DNA from: an uncultured archaeon
Lineage (GTDB): Archaea; Asgardarchaeota; Thorarchaeia; Thorarchaeales; Thorarchaeaceae
Direction of reading: 5' to 3'
Assembly (NCBI GenBank): GCA_964590575.1
Contig: CAZPWM010000004.1
Coordinates: 275 to 64,274, forward strand
Length of the DNA stretch: 64,000 bases
Position 1 is the stretch's first letter; each line of letters starts with the position of its first letter. A program made the position numbers and the translations under genes. Below, in pieces: positions 9,135 through 18,707 of the stretch. The notes below the pieces were generated by a model. The model saw only the letters and a program-made list of their open reading frames with translations, made no database searches and had not been told where the DNA came from.

Positions 9135-9533
9135 CTAGGTCTTGACCCTTACAATTATCTTTGTATCCATGACATGCCAGACTTCTACGGCTACATTCAG
9201 TTCAATCTTCGAAGCGACCTCCGGATCAGCAGGTTTAGGTACCTCATAGGTCTCAAATGTTTCACTGTCCATGAGACTGTATGTTTCACCCATATCCGCA
9301 ATGACTGTCGCGCTCAGCTTGTCAATTAGTGGGACATCAACCATCCTGTCTGCAGGCATAATGACATTGCGTTTTCGATTGTCAAAGAATCCAACAGCAA
9401 CAATGTTTGCCTTGGCTGCGCCATGCTTACCAGGTTTTGATTTATCCATTGATATAACCCTGCATGGTTCTCCATCTATCAGGAAGTAGGCACCAGGCTT
9501 CAGGCTTTTGGCTTCAGACTTCTTAATGCTCAT
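9135..9533 (-). CDS. eif5a: Translation initiation factor 5A (aIF5A)
   Basis: Hypusine loop SKPGKHGAAKA and the overall SH3-like plus OB pattern; 132 aa. Confidence 0.85.
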   Translation of the reverse strand: MSIKKSEAKSLKPGAYFLIDGEPCRVISMDKSKPGKHGAAKANIVAVGFFDNRKRNVIMPADRMVDVPLIDKLSATVIADMGETYSLMDSETFETYEVPKPADPEVASKIELNVAVEVWHVMDTKIIVRVKT

Positions 9534-9679
9534 TCTAATTCACCAACTTAATCGTGCAGACCTATGTTACTCCACAGCTGTAGTTTCATCTATATATATT
9601 TGAGGGCAACACAGGTTTCTTTCTCTGACAATAACTGTAAAAAGGATTAGATAAAGGGCAAGCTTGGGAGTGTTTCCCA

Positions 9680-10549
9680 GTGATTGAAGAAAACCCACAG
9701 ATTCTCACAGACAAACGGACGGTGGGACTTGTATGTAGACCTGACCGTCCTGAGATTGATCAGATTGCTAATCAAGTAGCTGATTTTCTCATTTCAAACA
9801 ATCTGGATGTACAAGTGGATCCTGGGTCATGCAACATTTCCAGTACCAAAATCCACCCAACTCCAATCGAAGACATGGATGCTGATTTTGTCGTGACAAT
9901 AGGTGGTGATGGGACCATCCTATATACACTATCAACACTGAAGGACCGCGAAACTCCTCTTTTCTGTATTAACAAAGGTACTGTTGGATTTCTTACAGAG
10001 AGTGACATTGAGTCGTCGATATTGGCTCTAGAGAAGGTTCTGCAAGATGAATGCATCCTCGAGCACAATGTGAATATCAGTTCTGGCGTAGGTGATAGAG
10101 TATTCGAGGATGCTCTGAACGAGGTCTATGTTGTATCCAAAATGCCTGGTCGATTACTCACTTTCCACGTATTCCTGGATGGTGTTGAAGTAGACTACGG
10201 CCGAGCTGATGGTGCGATGCTCGCAACTCCTGTTGGATCTTCAGCCTACGCTCTTGCCGCTGGCGGGTCTATTCTAGCGCCTAGTGTCAATGGTCTGATC
10301 TTTGTACCAGTATGTCCTCCTAGGTTTGAATTGAAGTCAATTGTTATTCCAGATAGATCCACATTAGAGCTTGAGTTGGTCAAACCTAGTGCATATGGTC
10401 TAGCAATCATCGATGGTCAGACTAGGTGGGATGTAGAACCTCTAGAAACTGTTTGGATGAAGAGATCTGAAGTTGTAACAAGATTCATCCGATTGTATGA
10501 CAACTACTATGACCGACTCAACACACGTCTTGTACCGAGGAAACTCTAG
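9680..10549 (+). CDS. nadK: NAD kinase
   Basis: GGDGT motif (TIGGDGTILY) and NE/D region; 289 aa. Confidence 0.8.
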   Translation: MIEENPQILTDKRTVGLVCRPDRPEIDQIANQVADFLISNNLDVQVDPGSCNISSTKIHPTPIEDMDADFVVTIGGDGTILYTLSTLKDRETPLFCINKGTVGFLTESDIESSILALEKVLQDECILEHNVNISSGVGDRVFEDALNEVYVVSKMPGRLLTFHVFLDGVEVDYGRADGAMLATPVGSSAYALAAGGSILAPSVNGLIFVPVCPPRFELKSIVIPDRSTLELELVKPSAYGLAIIDGQTRWDVEPLETVWMKRSEVVTRFIRLYDNYYDRLNTRLVPRKL

Positions 10550-10557
10550 GTGATGTG

Positions 10558-11073
10558 ATGCCCACAATCTATGTTCTAGACACGGGAGTTTTGGTTTCAA
10601 CATGGACCGACAAGAAAATGGATTCGACTTTCGTAACAACTCCTAGCATAGTTGAAGAAGTACGAAACCGCTTGAGTCGTTTTCGAGCTGAAACCTTGTT
10701 GCTTATTGAAAAGATGGATGAACGCACACCAAGTGATGAGGACATCAGACATGTGGAATCTGCTTCGATTTCTTCTGGAGACAAGTCTGTATTATCACAA
10801 AGTGATATTGAGTTAGTTGCCCTCGCGCTCACATTATCTCGTGAGGGTGCCGACATCACTCTTGTTTCTACTGACTTTGCAGTCCTGAACACTGCGAGTC
10901 ATCTGGGCATCAAGATATTGGATCCGAATAGAAAGTTTGGAAAAGAGATTACTTGGGGGATGAGATGCCCTGCTTGTCGGTACAAGTCAACGACCTCAAC
11001 GCGCGATTCTGAATGTCCAGTATGTGGAACAGCAATGCGTAGAACGCCTTTGAAAACACGTAAGAAATCTTGA
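10558..11073 (+). CDS. nob1: Nob1-like PIN-domain endonuclease with a C-terminal zinc ribbon
   Basis: N-terminal PIN (IYVLDTGVL...) and C-terminal CPACRY...CPVCG ribbon; size matches archaeal Nob1. Confidence 0.6.
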   Translation: MPTIYVLDTGVLVSTWTDKKMDSTFVTTPSIVEEVRNRLSRFRAETLLLIEKMDERTPSDEDIRHVESASISSGDKSVLSQSDIELVALALTLSREGADITLVSTDFAVLNTASHLGIKILDPNRKFGKEITWGMRCPACRYKSTTSTRDSECPVCGTAMRRTPLKTRKKS

Positions 11074-11417
11074 AACCAGTAATACTCCGGTCTTACATCA
11101 TGTAATATGGCTATCTTGGTAGGATGAGTGTTGGAGAGTTGTCTTGATTGACAGATACACCCGGACTTACAATACAACGAGACCTCGACGATATCAAGAT
11201 TCAAGTCAAAAAAGAGCTAGACACCATCAGAGACCTGATGGACTCCTTTGGATATCGTAATCCTGCACCCAATTGGAACGCTCCTTTTCAAATACATCGA
11301 CTTCGCAGAGCCTTGAGAATTCATTATCTCGCCATGAAAATCAGAGATTCTACTCCCCAGAGTCCCAGTATGAGGAATCTTGCCTGGGATCTGGGAAACG
11401 ATCATGATCTACCTTGA

Positions 11418-11849
11418 TCAATCTCCTATGAGCACGACCTCAAGTTTTCTATTTCGTGGTCGATTGTCAAAATCCACAAAAACAATTTGCTGCCAAGTAC
11501 CTAATGTCAGCCTTCCATTAACGAATGGTACTGTGAGACTTGGTCCAAGAACTGATGCCCTGATGTGAGAATGTCCATTACCATCATGCCATCTCAAATG
11601 ATGCTCATAGACTGCATCTGATGGTGCAAGTCTTTCCATTGCTGCTGGAAAATCTTGCAGGAGCCCCTCTTCATACTCAATCGTTGTTACAGAACCAGTA
11701 GAGCCCTCACAAAACACCGTACAGATACCTGTGTTCAACTTGCTCTTAACTACAGTATCTTCAACAGATTGAGTGATATCTATCATGTCACAATCGCCCC
11801 TAGTTTTAATAGAAATCGTTTCATGATATGCGCTCAACTTGTGTATCAC
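11418..11849 (-). CDS. YjbQ/UPF0047-family protein (secondary thiamine-phosphate synthase-like)
   Basis: Family-typical segments GICTVFCEGSTGSVTTIEYE and HHLRWHDGNGHSHIRASVLG. Confidence 0.7.
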   Translation of the reverse strand: MIHKLSAYHETISIKTRGDCDMIDITQSVEDTVVKSKLNTGICTVFCEGSTGSVTTIEYEEGLLQDFPAAMERLAPSDAVYEHHLRWHDGNGHSHIRASVLGPSLTVPFVNGRLTLGTWQQIVFVDFDNRPRNRKLEVVLIGD

Positions 11850-11905
11850 CTGTCTAATATCAGATACACCCGAGTAGCGACCTCACTTCTATCTTCCGAC
11901 TATTT

Positions 11906-13711
11906 CTACTTCATAGGTCTTACTTTTTTAGAATGTTGAATAAGCCTGCGAATTCTATAAGCTTTATCGAGCATATCTTCTTCGTTCTCTTGAAGAATGA
12001 GCAACGCTCCAATATGATTACCAGCATTCAAAGCTCTAACCAAAGCTACAATGGCGATTAGAACTTCATCCTGAGTCGTGGCTGCTACCTCATTCATTAT
12101 ATTGATGGTGCTCTTGATTGGTTTTTTACTATCTGCATAGTGCAGAAAGCGTGTTTCAAAAACCGTGAATAGATCTTCGAATGCCTCCCTAAGCTCATTA
12201 GCTTCTCTGAAACCCTCTGCTGATTTTGATAGCAGCTCAATAGATTTCTCTATCATTTCTGATGAATCAGTTAGAAGGGCCTCCAATCCCGCTGTACGCA
12301 GCCATATTGTTGCTAATTCAGGAACACCGAGCTCTTGGTAATACTCTGCTGCATTCTCAGCCTTCTCACTTGCCATCCAATGAAATGAATCGTGTCTTTC
12401 CTTATCATCAAGCTTTATTGCACACTCTGCAGCTTTGGTATATAATCTGGAGCCGCTTTCTGGATCTCCCGAAGTCGATGCCTCATCAGCAAGTTGAATG
12501 TATAATTCTAAAGCATGCTCAAGATGACCCATCGCTTCTGTCACCCTGCCTGATTCTCGAAGAACCTCTGCAGCTTCTTCTAGAGTAATTGCCTGTCGTT
12601 CCTTGTTGCCATCTTTCTCTTCTGTCTTGGCTTCATTTAGATAATGAGATATGACTTTGACATATATCTCGCTGGCAACATCATCTTGCCCCCAATTCAG
12701 CAGACACATTGCTTGAAATCGCAAGTATTTCATTTCAGATTCAGTGTCATTTTGGGTCTTTGCCTTTTTCGCTAGTTCCCCAAATAGCTCATTTGCATTA
12801 AGGAACGCCCACTTGGCTTTCATGGGGCGGCTTATTTCCTTGAACATGTTTCCTGCTTTGACGAGCAAAGGCGCAACTGCTTCGGGTGCTCCTTGAGCTT
12901 TGAGATATGCTTCGGCCGCTTTCGATATAGCTTGGTTTCTTGCAGAAGTGAGTCTTTGAAGTTTGTAGGCTTCTTGAGCTGCATCATAGATATTACCCGC
13001 CTTTTCAAAAAGCTCAGCTGCTTCGTAAAACTCTCCTGCCTCCATCATGGTGCGTGTTGCTTCAGGAGACTCCCCTTTTGTTTCCATAATCTGTGCTGCT
13101 TCTGCTAGTGCATTGCCTGCCGAAATGTAATCTCCACTTCCTTTCGATAGATTCGCCCAGCGTCGTGCAACCTTCACAGTTCTATCACTGATTCTATTTC
13201 CTAACTCATCATCCCCTGCTGTATAGTATAATCTGCTTACTTTTCGTAGCAGGCCAATAGTTTCAGCAAAGTCTTTTTCTTCCTCTCTAGCATCCGCTAA
13301 TATTTCCAGAGCATCCGCTGTTTTGATACTTAGCTCTGCCTTCTCTTTATCATCAACAGCAAAGTCTTGTGCTCTGAGGTAGTAGTCTGCAGCTTTCTTG
13401 TATTCAGTCGCTTCTTCAGCAATCTTTGCCGCTGTCTTATTGATCCGCACAATTTCTTTGTATATTTCAGGTCCTTGTGGCAGACGAATCAACATCAGTG
13501 TCGCATTATCAAGAGACTTGAAACATTCATCCGCCTCGTATAAATCTCTGTAAATGAGTGCTCCTTCTTCGTAAATCTTAGCTGCTTTTTCGTATTCCAT
13601 CTTTGTCGCAAGACGACTGGCAGCAGCGAGAAATAGTTTCGCTCCTACCTCTCTGTTACCTTCCTCTAGTGCATTTCTTGCCTCTTTTAGGATATCCTCG
13701 TCCGAAGCCAA
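11906..13711 (-). CDS. Large all-helical TPR-like repeat protein
   Basis: 601 aa of repeated Ala/Glu/Lys/Tyr-rich helical hairpins (AxxYY, EAxxxYxxA patterns). Confidence 0.5.
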   Translation of the reverse strand: MASDEDILKEARNALEEGNREVGAKLFLAAASRLATKMEYEKAAKIYEEGALIYRDLYEADECFKSLDNATLMLIRLPQGPEIYKEIVRINKTAAKIAEEATEYKKAADYYLRAQDFAVDDKEKAELSIKTADALEILADAREEEKDFAETIGLLRKVSRLYYTAGDDELGNRISDRTVKVARRWANLSKGSGDYISAGNALAEAAQIMETKGESPEATRTMMEAGEFYEAAELFEKAGNIYDAAQEAYKLQRLTSARNQAISKAAEAYLKAQGAPEAVAPLLVKAGNMFKEISRPMKAKWAFLNANELFGELAKKAKTQNDTESEMKYLRFQAMCLLNWGQDDVASEIYVKVISHYLNEAKTEEKDGNKERQAITLEEAAEVLRESGRVTEAMGHLEHALELYIQLADEASTSGDPESGSRLYTKAAECAIKLDDKERHDSFHWMASEKAENAAEYYQELGVPELATIWLRTAGLEALLTDSSEMIEKSIELLSKSAEGFREANELREAFEDLFTVFETRFLHYADSKKPIKSTINIMNEVAATTQDEVLIAIVALVRALNAGNHIGALLILQENEEDMLDKAYRIRRLIQHSKKVRPMK

Positions 13712-13872
13712 AGTGGAGCGACCTCAATTCTACTTAGTTCATGCTTTTCTTTGAACGTTATTGGACTCAAATGCTTCATAACAGTTGTCGTTATGGTTCA
13801 CTTAGTTTCATATTATTCTCAGAACACTCAAATATCGAGAATCCTTTTAGAAGAACTGGTAGATGAAACCCA

Positions 13873-14979
13873 TTGAGTAGTAAAGCAGAATTGCGGCTTG
13901 GCCTCATCGGGGTTGGGAAATCTGGACGGACACATCTTGCGGCATTGAAATCTTTGAAAGATGCAGGTTTTTTGAACATCAAAATCAATGCAATAAGTGA
14001 TATCGACAAAGACAAGCTAAAAAATACTGCGAAGGAATTTAATGTCCCCGCAGCTTATGATGATCCTGTTGCTCTGATTAACGATGAGAATGTAGATGTT
14101 GTCTATATCTGCGCCCCCATTGGTACACATGCTGATATGGTGAAACGAACAGCTCAAGCAAATAAGGCAGTTTATTGTGAAAAACCACTGGCTCATAGTT
14201 GTCCACAAGTTCGAGAACTGAATGCCGTAGCAATGGACTCGTCCGTGCAAACTAGTGCTGGTTTTTTGTTAAGGTATGACCCCTTTCTCCTATATGCAAA
14301 GCACCTCATCAATAAACATGATTTTGGGAAACCCCTCCTCGCTCATATTCACGATGACCAACAATTTCCTTTGAATGAAGTGGATTATGCACAATGGCGA
14401 GGAAACATGCAACTTCCTGGAGGTGGAATTCTCCTGCATCAGAGTATCCAAGATATTGATGTTCTCAATTGGTTCTTTGGTGATATAGCAAGCGTATATG
14501 CTCAAGTTGGTTTCCACGGTGAACGGGGGATTGAAGACCAAGCATCTCTTATGATGATGCATGAAGATGGAACAACAAGCACACTTGACTCACTATGGCA
14601 TTGGCTTGATCGCCCGGAAGAAAGGAAAGTTGAGTTGTTCTTTGAGAATGGATTCATAGGAATAACACTCGAATCAGGGAATACGCATTTAGATTATCAT
14701 CTTAGAGGCGAAGGACCAATCCGAGTATACTCTGAAAATACTACAAAAATTCTTCTTGAACATCTTAACATACCCTCGAACAATCTTGCACTAAACATTC
14801 ACGATCCTCTCTCAGATCCTAGGATTAACAAACACTTGGCATTAAGCTACTCCTTCCTGAAATCTCTTTTATCAGGAGAATCCACATCACCCAACTTTTT
14901 GGAGGCCACTTCTGCGCATAGAATTGTGGACGCTGCTTACGAGTCCGCTAGCACGAAGACTCCCATTGATATTCTTTAG
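13873..14979 (+). CDS. Gfo/Idh/MocA-family oxidoreductase
   Basis: N-terminal RLGLIGVGKSGRTH Rossmann motif; probable TTG start. Confidence 0.65.
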   Translation: MSSKAELRLGLIGVGKSGRTHLAALKSLKDAGFLNIKINAISDIDKDKLKNTAKEFNVPAAYDDPVALINDENVDVVYICAPIGTHADMVKRTAQANKAVYCEKPLAHSCPQVRELNAVAMDSSVQTSAGFLLRYDPFLLYAKHLINKHDFGKPLLAHIHDDQQFPLNEVDYAQWRGNMQLPGGGILLHQSIQDIDVLNWFFGDIASVYAQVGFHGERGIEDQASLMMMHEDGTTSTLDSLWHWLDRPEERKVELFFENGFIGITLESGNTHLDYHLRGEGPIRVYSENTTKILLEHLNIPSNNLALNIHDPLSDPRINKHLALSYSFLKSLLSGESTSPNFLEATSAHRIVDAAYESASTKTPIDIL

Positions 14980-15017
14980 AGATCTATTGGACATCCTTAA
15001 GTAGCGCTGGAATACCC

Positions 15018-16406
15018 ATGAGGATGAGTTCAGCAATGCAAGAGATAGCTCTCAATCAGGTGGATACATCCAACTATGATGTGATCATTGCAGGTGGTGG
15101 TGCTGGTGGTCTTCTTACCGCATTAGCATTGACAGCTGAGGGTAAACGCGTTTTAGTTCTTGAGAAGGCTGACCGTTTAGGCGGTGTTTGGTATAGCTAT
15201 TGGGTGGATGGGTACCGTGTTGACCAAGGATTACATGTCATCACACGGGTCACACGTGGTGCATTTGTTAGATTCCTCAAGACCTTCTTATCGCCGCCCC
15301 CTGTCTTTGTGCTTCACGAGGGATGGCAGTTCCGTGTTTATGACAAAGTTGGTACAATTCCATCTAGCATTGGAGAAACCCTCCGTTGGCCATTGACTGG
15401 GTGGAGAGGCCGTTTAGGACTCATGCGTATCGGTGCGAAAATAAAGACAATGAAACTGGAAGAGATGCGGAAATACAAAGATATCTCGTTTCTAGAGTTC
15501 ATGCAGTCGAATGGTGCAACGAACCAGGTCATGCTTGATGTGATGCAAAGTGCAATCTACATGGCTGCAGGTGTTCCAATCACGGAGGCTTCAGCCTATG
15601 AGTCTCTCAGAACTCTTAAGGATACAGACAAGGAATCATCTAAACTTGTATCAGCAAAGAGACTCTTGTTAGGGTCTGGGGAATATGATGAGGGTTATGT
15701 CATTGGTGGAATGGAGGAGATAATTAAGAGAGTGGTTGAAACCATCAATGGTGACTATGTGCTAAACGCAGCTGTAGAACAGATCCATGAGCAGGCGGGT
15801 AGTGTCACTGGCTGTTCAGTCGCTGGAAAGATATTGTCACACAATTACATTGTGAGCAACATCCCTCTATGGGCGATGCCTGAGATAGTCAGGTCTGAGA
15901 ATGTCGAAACTCAAGAGTTCTTCAAACGCTGGAGTAACATGAAACCAACTCATGGCATAACACTCTGGCTTGGTCTCAACAAGACTGTGATTGGGGATCG
16001 GAAGAACCGAGTGCTTGTTCACCCTAACCCCAACCGGTGGATTGTTTCCATCTCGAGTTTTGACCCAAGTTGTGCTCCTGAAGGCAAGGAGTTAGTAGCT
16101 ATCGCCATGATGACAATCCCAGGAAAAAGCAAGGATGAAATGGTCGAAATCATGAAGGGTAATGGGCTCGAGAAATATCATCCTGGAATCTTAGAACATA
16201 CGGAGATGGAACATGTGCAGATGTCCTATGCAACACGAGCTGCACTCATCCCTGGTCAAACAGACCTGGACAGACCTGGGCCACGAACTCCTATCAAAGG
16301 TCTATACATCGTTGGAACAGATACTGCAGGCTCTGGTGTAGGTCTCCAACAAGCTGCACAGTCAGCTGATGGAGTTGTTAAAGCTCTCTGTGAAGATATT
16401 AGTTAA
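15018..16406 (+). CDS. FAD/NAD(P)-binding oxidoreductase (phytoene-desaturase/amine-oxidase-like)
   Basis: Dinucleotide-binding motif DVIIAGGGAGGLLTALAL...VLVLEKADRLGG. Confidence 0.65.
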   Translation: MRMSSAMQEIALNQVDTSNYDVIIAGGGAGGLLTALALTAEGKRVLVLEKADRLGGVWYSYWVDGYRVDQGLHVITRVTRGAFVRFLKTFLSPPPVFVLHEGWQFRVYDKVGTIPSSIGETLRWPLTGWRGRLGLMRIGAKIKTMKLEEMRKYKDISFLEFMQSNGATNQVMLDVMQSAIYMAAGVPITEASAYESLRTLKDTDKESSKLVSAKRLLLGSGEYDEGYVIGGMEEIIKRVVETINGDYVLNAAVEQIHEQAGSVTGCSVAGKILSHNYIVSNIPLWAMPEIVRSENVETQEFFKRWSNMKPTHGITLWLGLNKTVIGDRKNRVLVHPNPNRWIVSISSFDPSCAPEGKELVAIAMMTIPGKSKDEMVEIMKGNGLEKYHPGILEHTEMEHVQMSYATRAALIPGQTDLDRPGPRTPIKGLYIVGTDTAGSGVGLQQAAQSADGVVKALCEDIS

Positions 16407-17215
16407 TCCTTTTTAGTTGCCTTCAAGGAAAACATGAGTGGTATCTTGTCCTCATTGTCAGGGAGGATCCATCTCCCAGGTTCTTTCTTAATCATGAACG
16501 GTAGTGCCTTGTAGGTTACTACTGGGAACTCGTGGAAGAAATCAATTGTCAATCCTGCGTCTATCAGGACATTGATTATTCTTGAGATTGGATGATTCCA
16601 TTCAAAGGATGGCATCTTTCCAGTCTTAGCGTCTTCATCTGCGTATGATCCTTCATCCTCATAACTCAGAGGGTCTTTACCTTGGAAGTACGGATACCTC
16701 ACTTTCAGGTCATTAACATCTTTTTCATCATCAAAGACATAACAAAAGGGATGAAACTCACGGATATAGAAGAAGCCACCAGGTTTGAGGAAATACGCAA
16801 TTATTCTCGCCCACTCTTCTAAATCAGGGAGCCACATGATGACACCACCTGATGTGAATACAATGTCGAATTTCTCATCAAGGTTATCAGGAAGGTCATA
16901 GACGTTTGAGCAAACGAAGTTCGCATCTATCTTTGCAGTTTTACTCAATTCTCTTGCTAGTTCTATTGCCTCCGATGAAAAATCAACGCCAGTAACCTTT
17001 GCACCCAGTTTCGCTAATGATAGTGTATCCAGTCCAAAGTGACACATGATATGCAGAATTTTCTTCCCTGACAGGTTTGGAAGTTCCTTTATCTCAATTG
17101 GGTCAAGTGTCTGATTTCCCTTGAGAAATCCTTCAACATCATAGAACTCTGATTTATGGTGGATTTTCGCTAGCTTATCCCAAAGTTCCTTGTTGGCATT
17201 CATGTATTCATCCAT
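16403..17215 (-). CDS. Class I SAM-dependent methyltransferase
   Basis: Motif I-like ILHIMCHFGLDTLSLAKLGAKVTGVDFS; start chosen at MDEYM rather than the Pro/Cys-rich upstream extension. Confidence 0.65.
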   Translation of the reverse strand: MDEYMNANKELWDKLAKIHHKSEFYDVEGFLKGNQTLDPIEIKELPNLSGKKILHIMCHFGLDTLSLAKLGAKVTGVDFSSEAIELARELSKTAKIDANFVCSNVYDLPDNLDEKFDIVFTSGGVIMWLPDLEEWARIIAYFLKPGGFFYIREFHPFCYVFDDEKDVNDLKVRYPYFQGKDPLSYEDEGSYADEDAKTGKMPSFEWNHPISRIINVLIDAGLTIDFFHEFPVVTYKALPFMIKKEPGRWILPDNEDKIPLMFSLKATKKD

Positions 17216-17315
17216 ATTGGTCACATGTTCAAGACAAGTAGTGATAACGTAAAGGTTATGTTTGACCGATGTCGAGCAGGGTTTGACGAAACGTCGGTCC
17301 TCAGGAGTATTTCCT

Positions 17316-17873
17316 ATGAAGATGATAGAAATTCGTTGGCATGGTCGAGGTGGACAGGGTGGTGTCACCTCTGCAGAACTTCTTGCAAAGGCTGCTTACA
17401 TTGATGGATACAAGGGTGTCCAAGCGTTTCCTTACTTTGGTGCTGAACGTCGAGGTGCTCCGGTCAAAGCATTCACGCGGATTGCTAATCAGGAGATTAA
17501 TGTGAGAAGCCAGATTTACACTCCTGATATTGTAGCAGTCCTTGATTCCTCGATTCTTGACCTCATTGATGTCACTGAGGGTCTTGTAGAGAATGGGAAG
17601 GTCATAATCAATACACCCAAGAAACCAGGTGAGATTGATTTGCCCCTGGGTCATATCTACACGTATGATGGAACTGGTATTGCCTTGAAGAATGGGCTAC
17701 TTGTTGGAGGATTACCAGTCATTAACACTACAATGCTCGGTGCTTTTGCAAAAGCTACAGGTCTAGTTAAACTAGAAACTGTCCAGAAAATCATCTGTGA
17801 GAAGTGGTCTGGAAAGGTGGGCGAACGAAATGCGCAAGGCGCTAAGGAAGCCTATGATACATGCACAGACTGA
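17316..17873 (+). CDS. Stand-alone 2-oxoacid:ferredoxin oxidoreductase gamma-subunit-like protein
   Basis: N-terminus IEIRWHGRGGQGGVTSAELLAKA and FGAERRGAPV typical of PorG/KorC. Confidence 0.6.
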   Translation: MKMIEIRWHGRGGQGGVTSAELLAKAAYIDGYKGVQAFPYFGAERRGAPVKAFTRIANQEINVRSQIYTPDIVAVLDSSILDLIDVTEGLVENGKVIINTPKKPGEIDLPLGHIYTYDGTGIALKNGLLVGGLPVINTTMLGAFAKATGLVKLETVQKIICEKWSGKVGERNAQGAKEAYDTCTD

Positions 17874-17876
17874 ATA

Positions 17877-18584
17877 TTATGCATACATTCTCTCATACCT
17901 TGATCGATCGGTACCCGGTTGTTGTCTACGCATTCCATCGACCTGCTGTGCCATCTCTTCCATTTTCTTTCGTATCTCTGTTGCACTTTCCTGTAATTCT
18001 GTGACATCCACATTAACGTTGTAGAGTCTGTTGAGAGCCTGCAGTAGTTGCACAGCTCCATCTGGATCTGGAATCATGGCTATGGCGGGTGTGAGAAGTG
18101 CAAATCCCACCATATCCCTACAGAGGGTTTCTGAGAGAATTGATCCTGCAATTCCTGTGATAATCCCCTTTGTAAGAATCTCCATGGTTTCGTCTTTTTT
18201 CAAATCACGAAGCTTCTCTTCTTCGGCTGCATACAATACTTTGCGATCTGAAGGCAATCCCTGAACCGGGATTCCATCAAGTATAACGGTTTCCTTTACA
18301 CCAACAGTTGTTCCCCAATCTAGAAGAGCTGAGCTTACAGGATAGAGTCCCTCCTCAGCAACTGGTAGTTCTGCAGTCACAACAAGTAGATTCTTTTCCT
18401 TCTTTCCATAGATTCTGAAGGGATGACGAAGACGTCCATCCAAGAAGACTGCCGCTGATGGCATATATCTTGACCTGACATGAGCAACTTCTTCCATCTC
18501 AAACTGCTCAATCAAAGTGTTCGCTGCTATTGTCCCTACAACTCCTGCTGAGGGGAAACAACAAACGAGTAATGGTTGTTTCAT
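17877..18584 (-). CDS. PAC2-family (proteasome assembly chaperone-like) protein
   Basis: Pattern LLVCCFPSAGVVGTIAANTLIEQF...LLVVTAELP typical of archaeal PAC2; start at MKQPLL. Confidence 0.6.
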   Translation of the reverse strand: MKQPLLVCCFPSAGVVGTIAANTLIEQFEMEEVAHVRSRYMPSAAVFLDGRLRHPFRIYGKKEKNLLVVTAELPVAEEGLYPVSSALLDWGTTVGVKETVILDGIPVQGLPSDRKVLYAAEEEKLRDLKKDETMEILTKGIITGIAGSILSETLCRDMVGFALLTPAIAMIPDPDGAVQLLQALNRLYNVNVDVTELQESATEIRKKMEEMAQQVDGMRRQQPGTDRSRYERMYA

Positions 18585-18707
18585 CTCAAACTCTTTTGTC
18601 TGTATAACCTGAGCCTCTGGGGACCCAAGTATTTTACCTGCACATTCTTCGTTCATCTTTCCAGAACCTCTACTATCCTTCAATCGTGGCTGAATATTAA
18701 GCTTAGG

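Noticed and set aside
12262-12588. Plus-strand ORF inside the 601-aa minus-strand gene
   Set aside because: It is an antisense ORF (similar cases: 12893-13108, 21453-21833, 57267-57674, 45698-45952, 5989-6543), typical of shadow ORFs in coding regions
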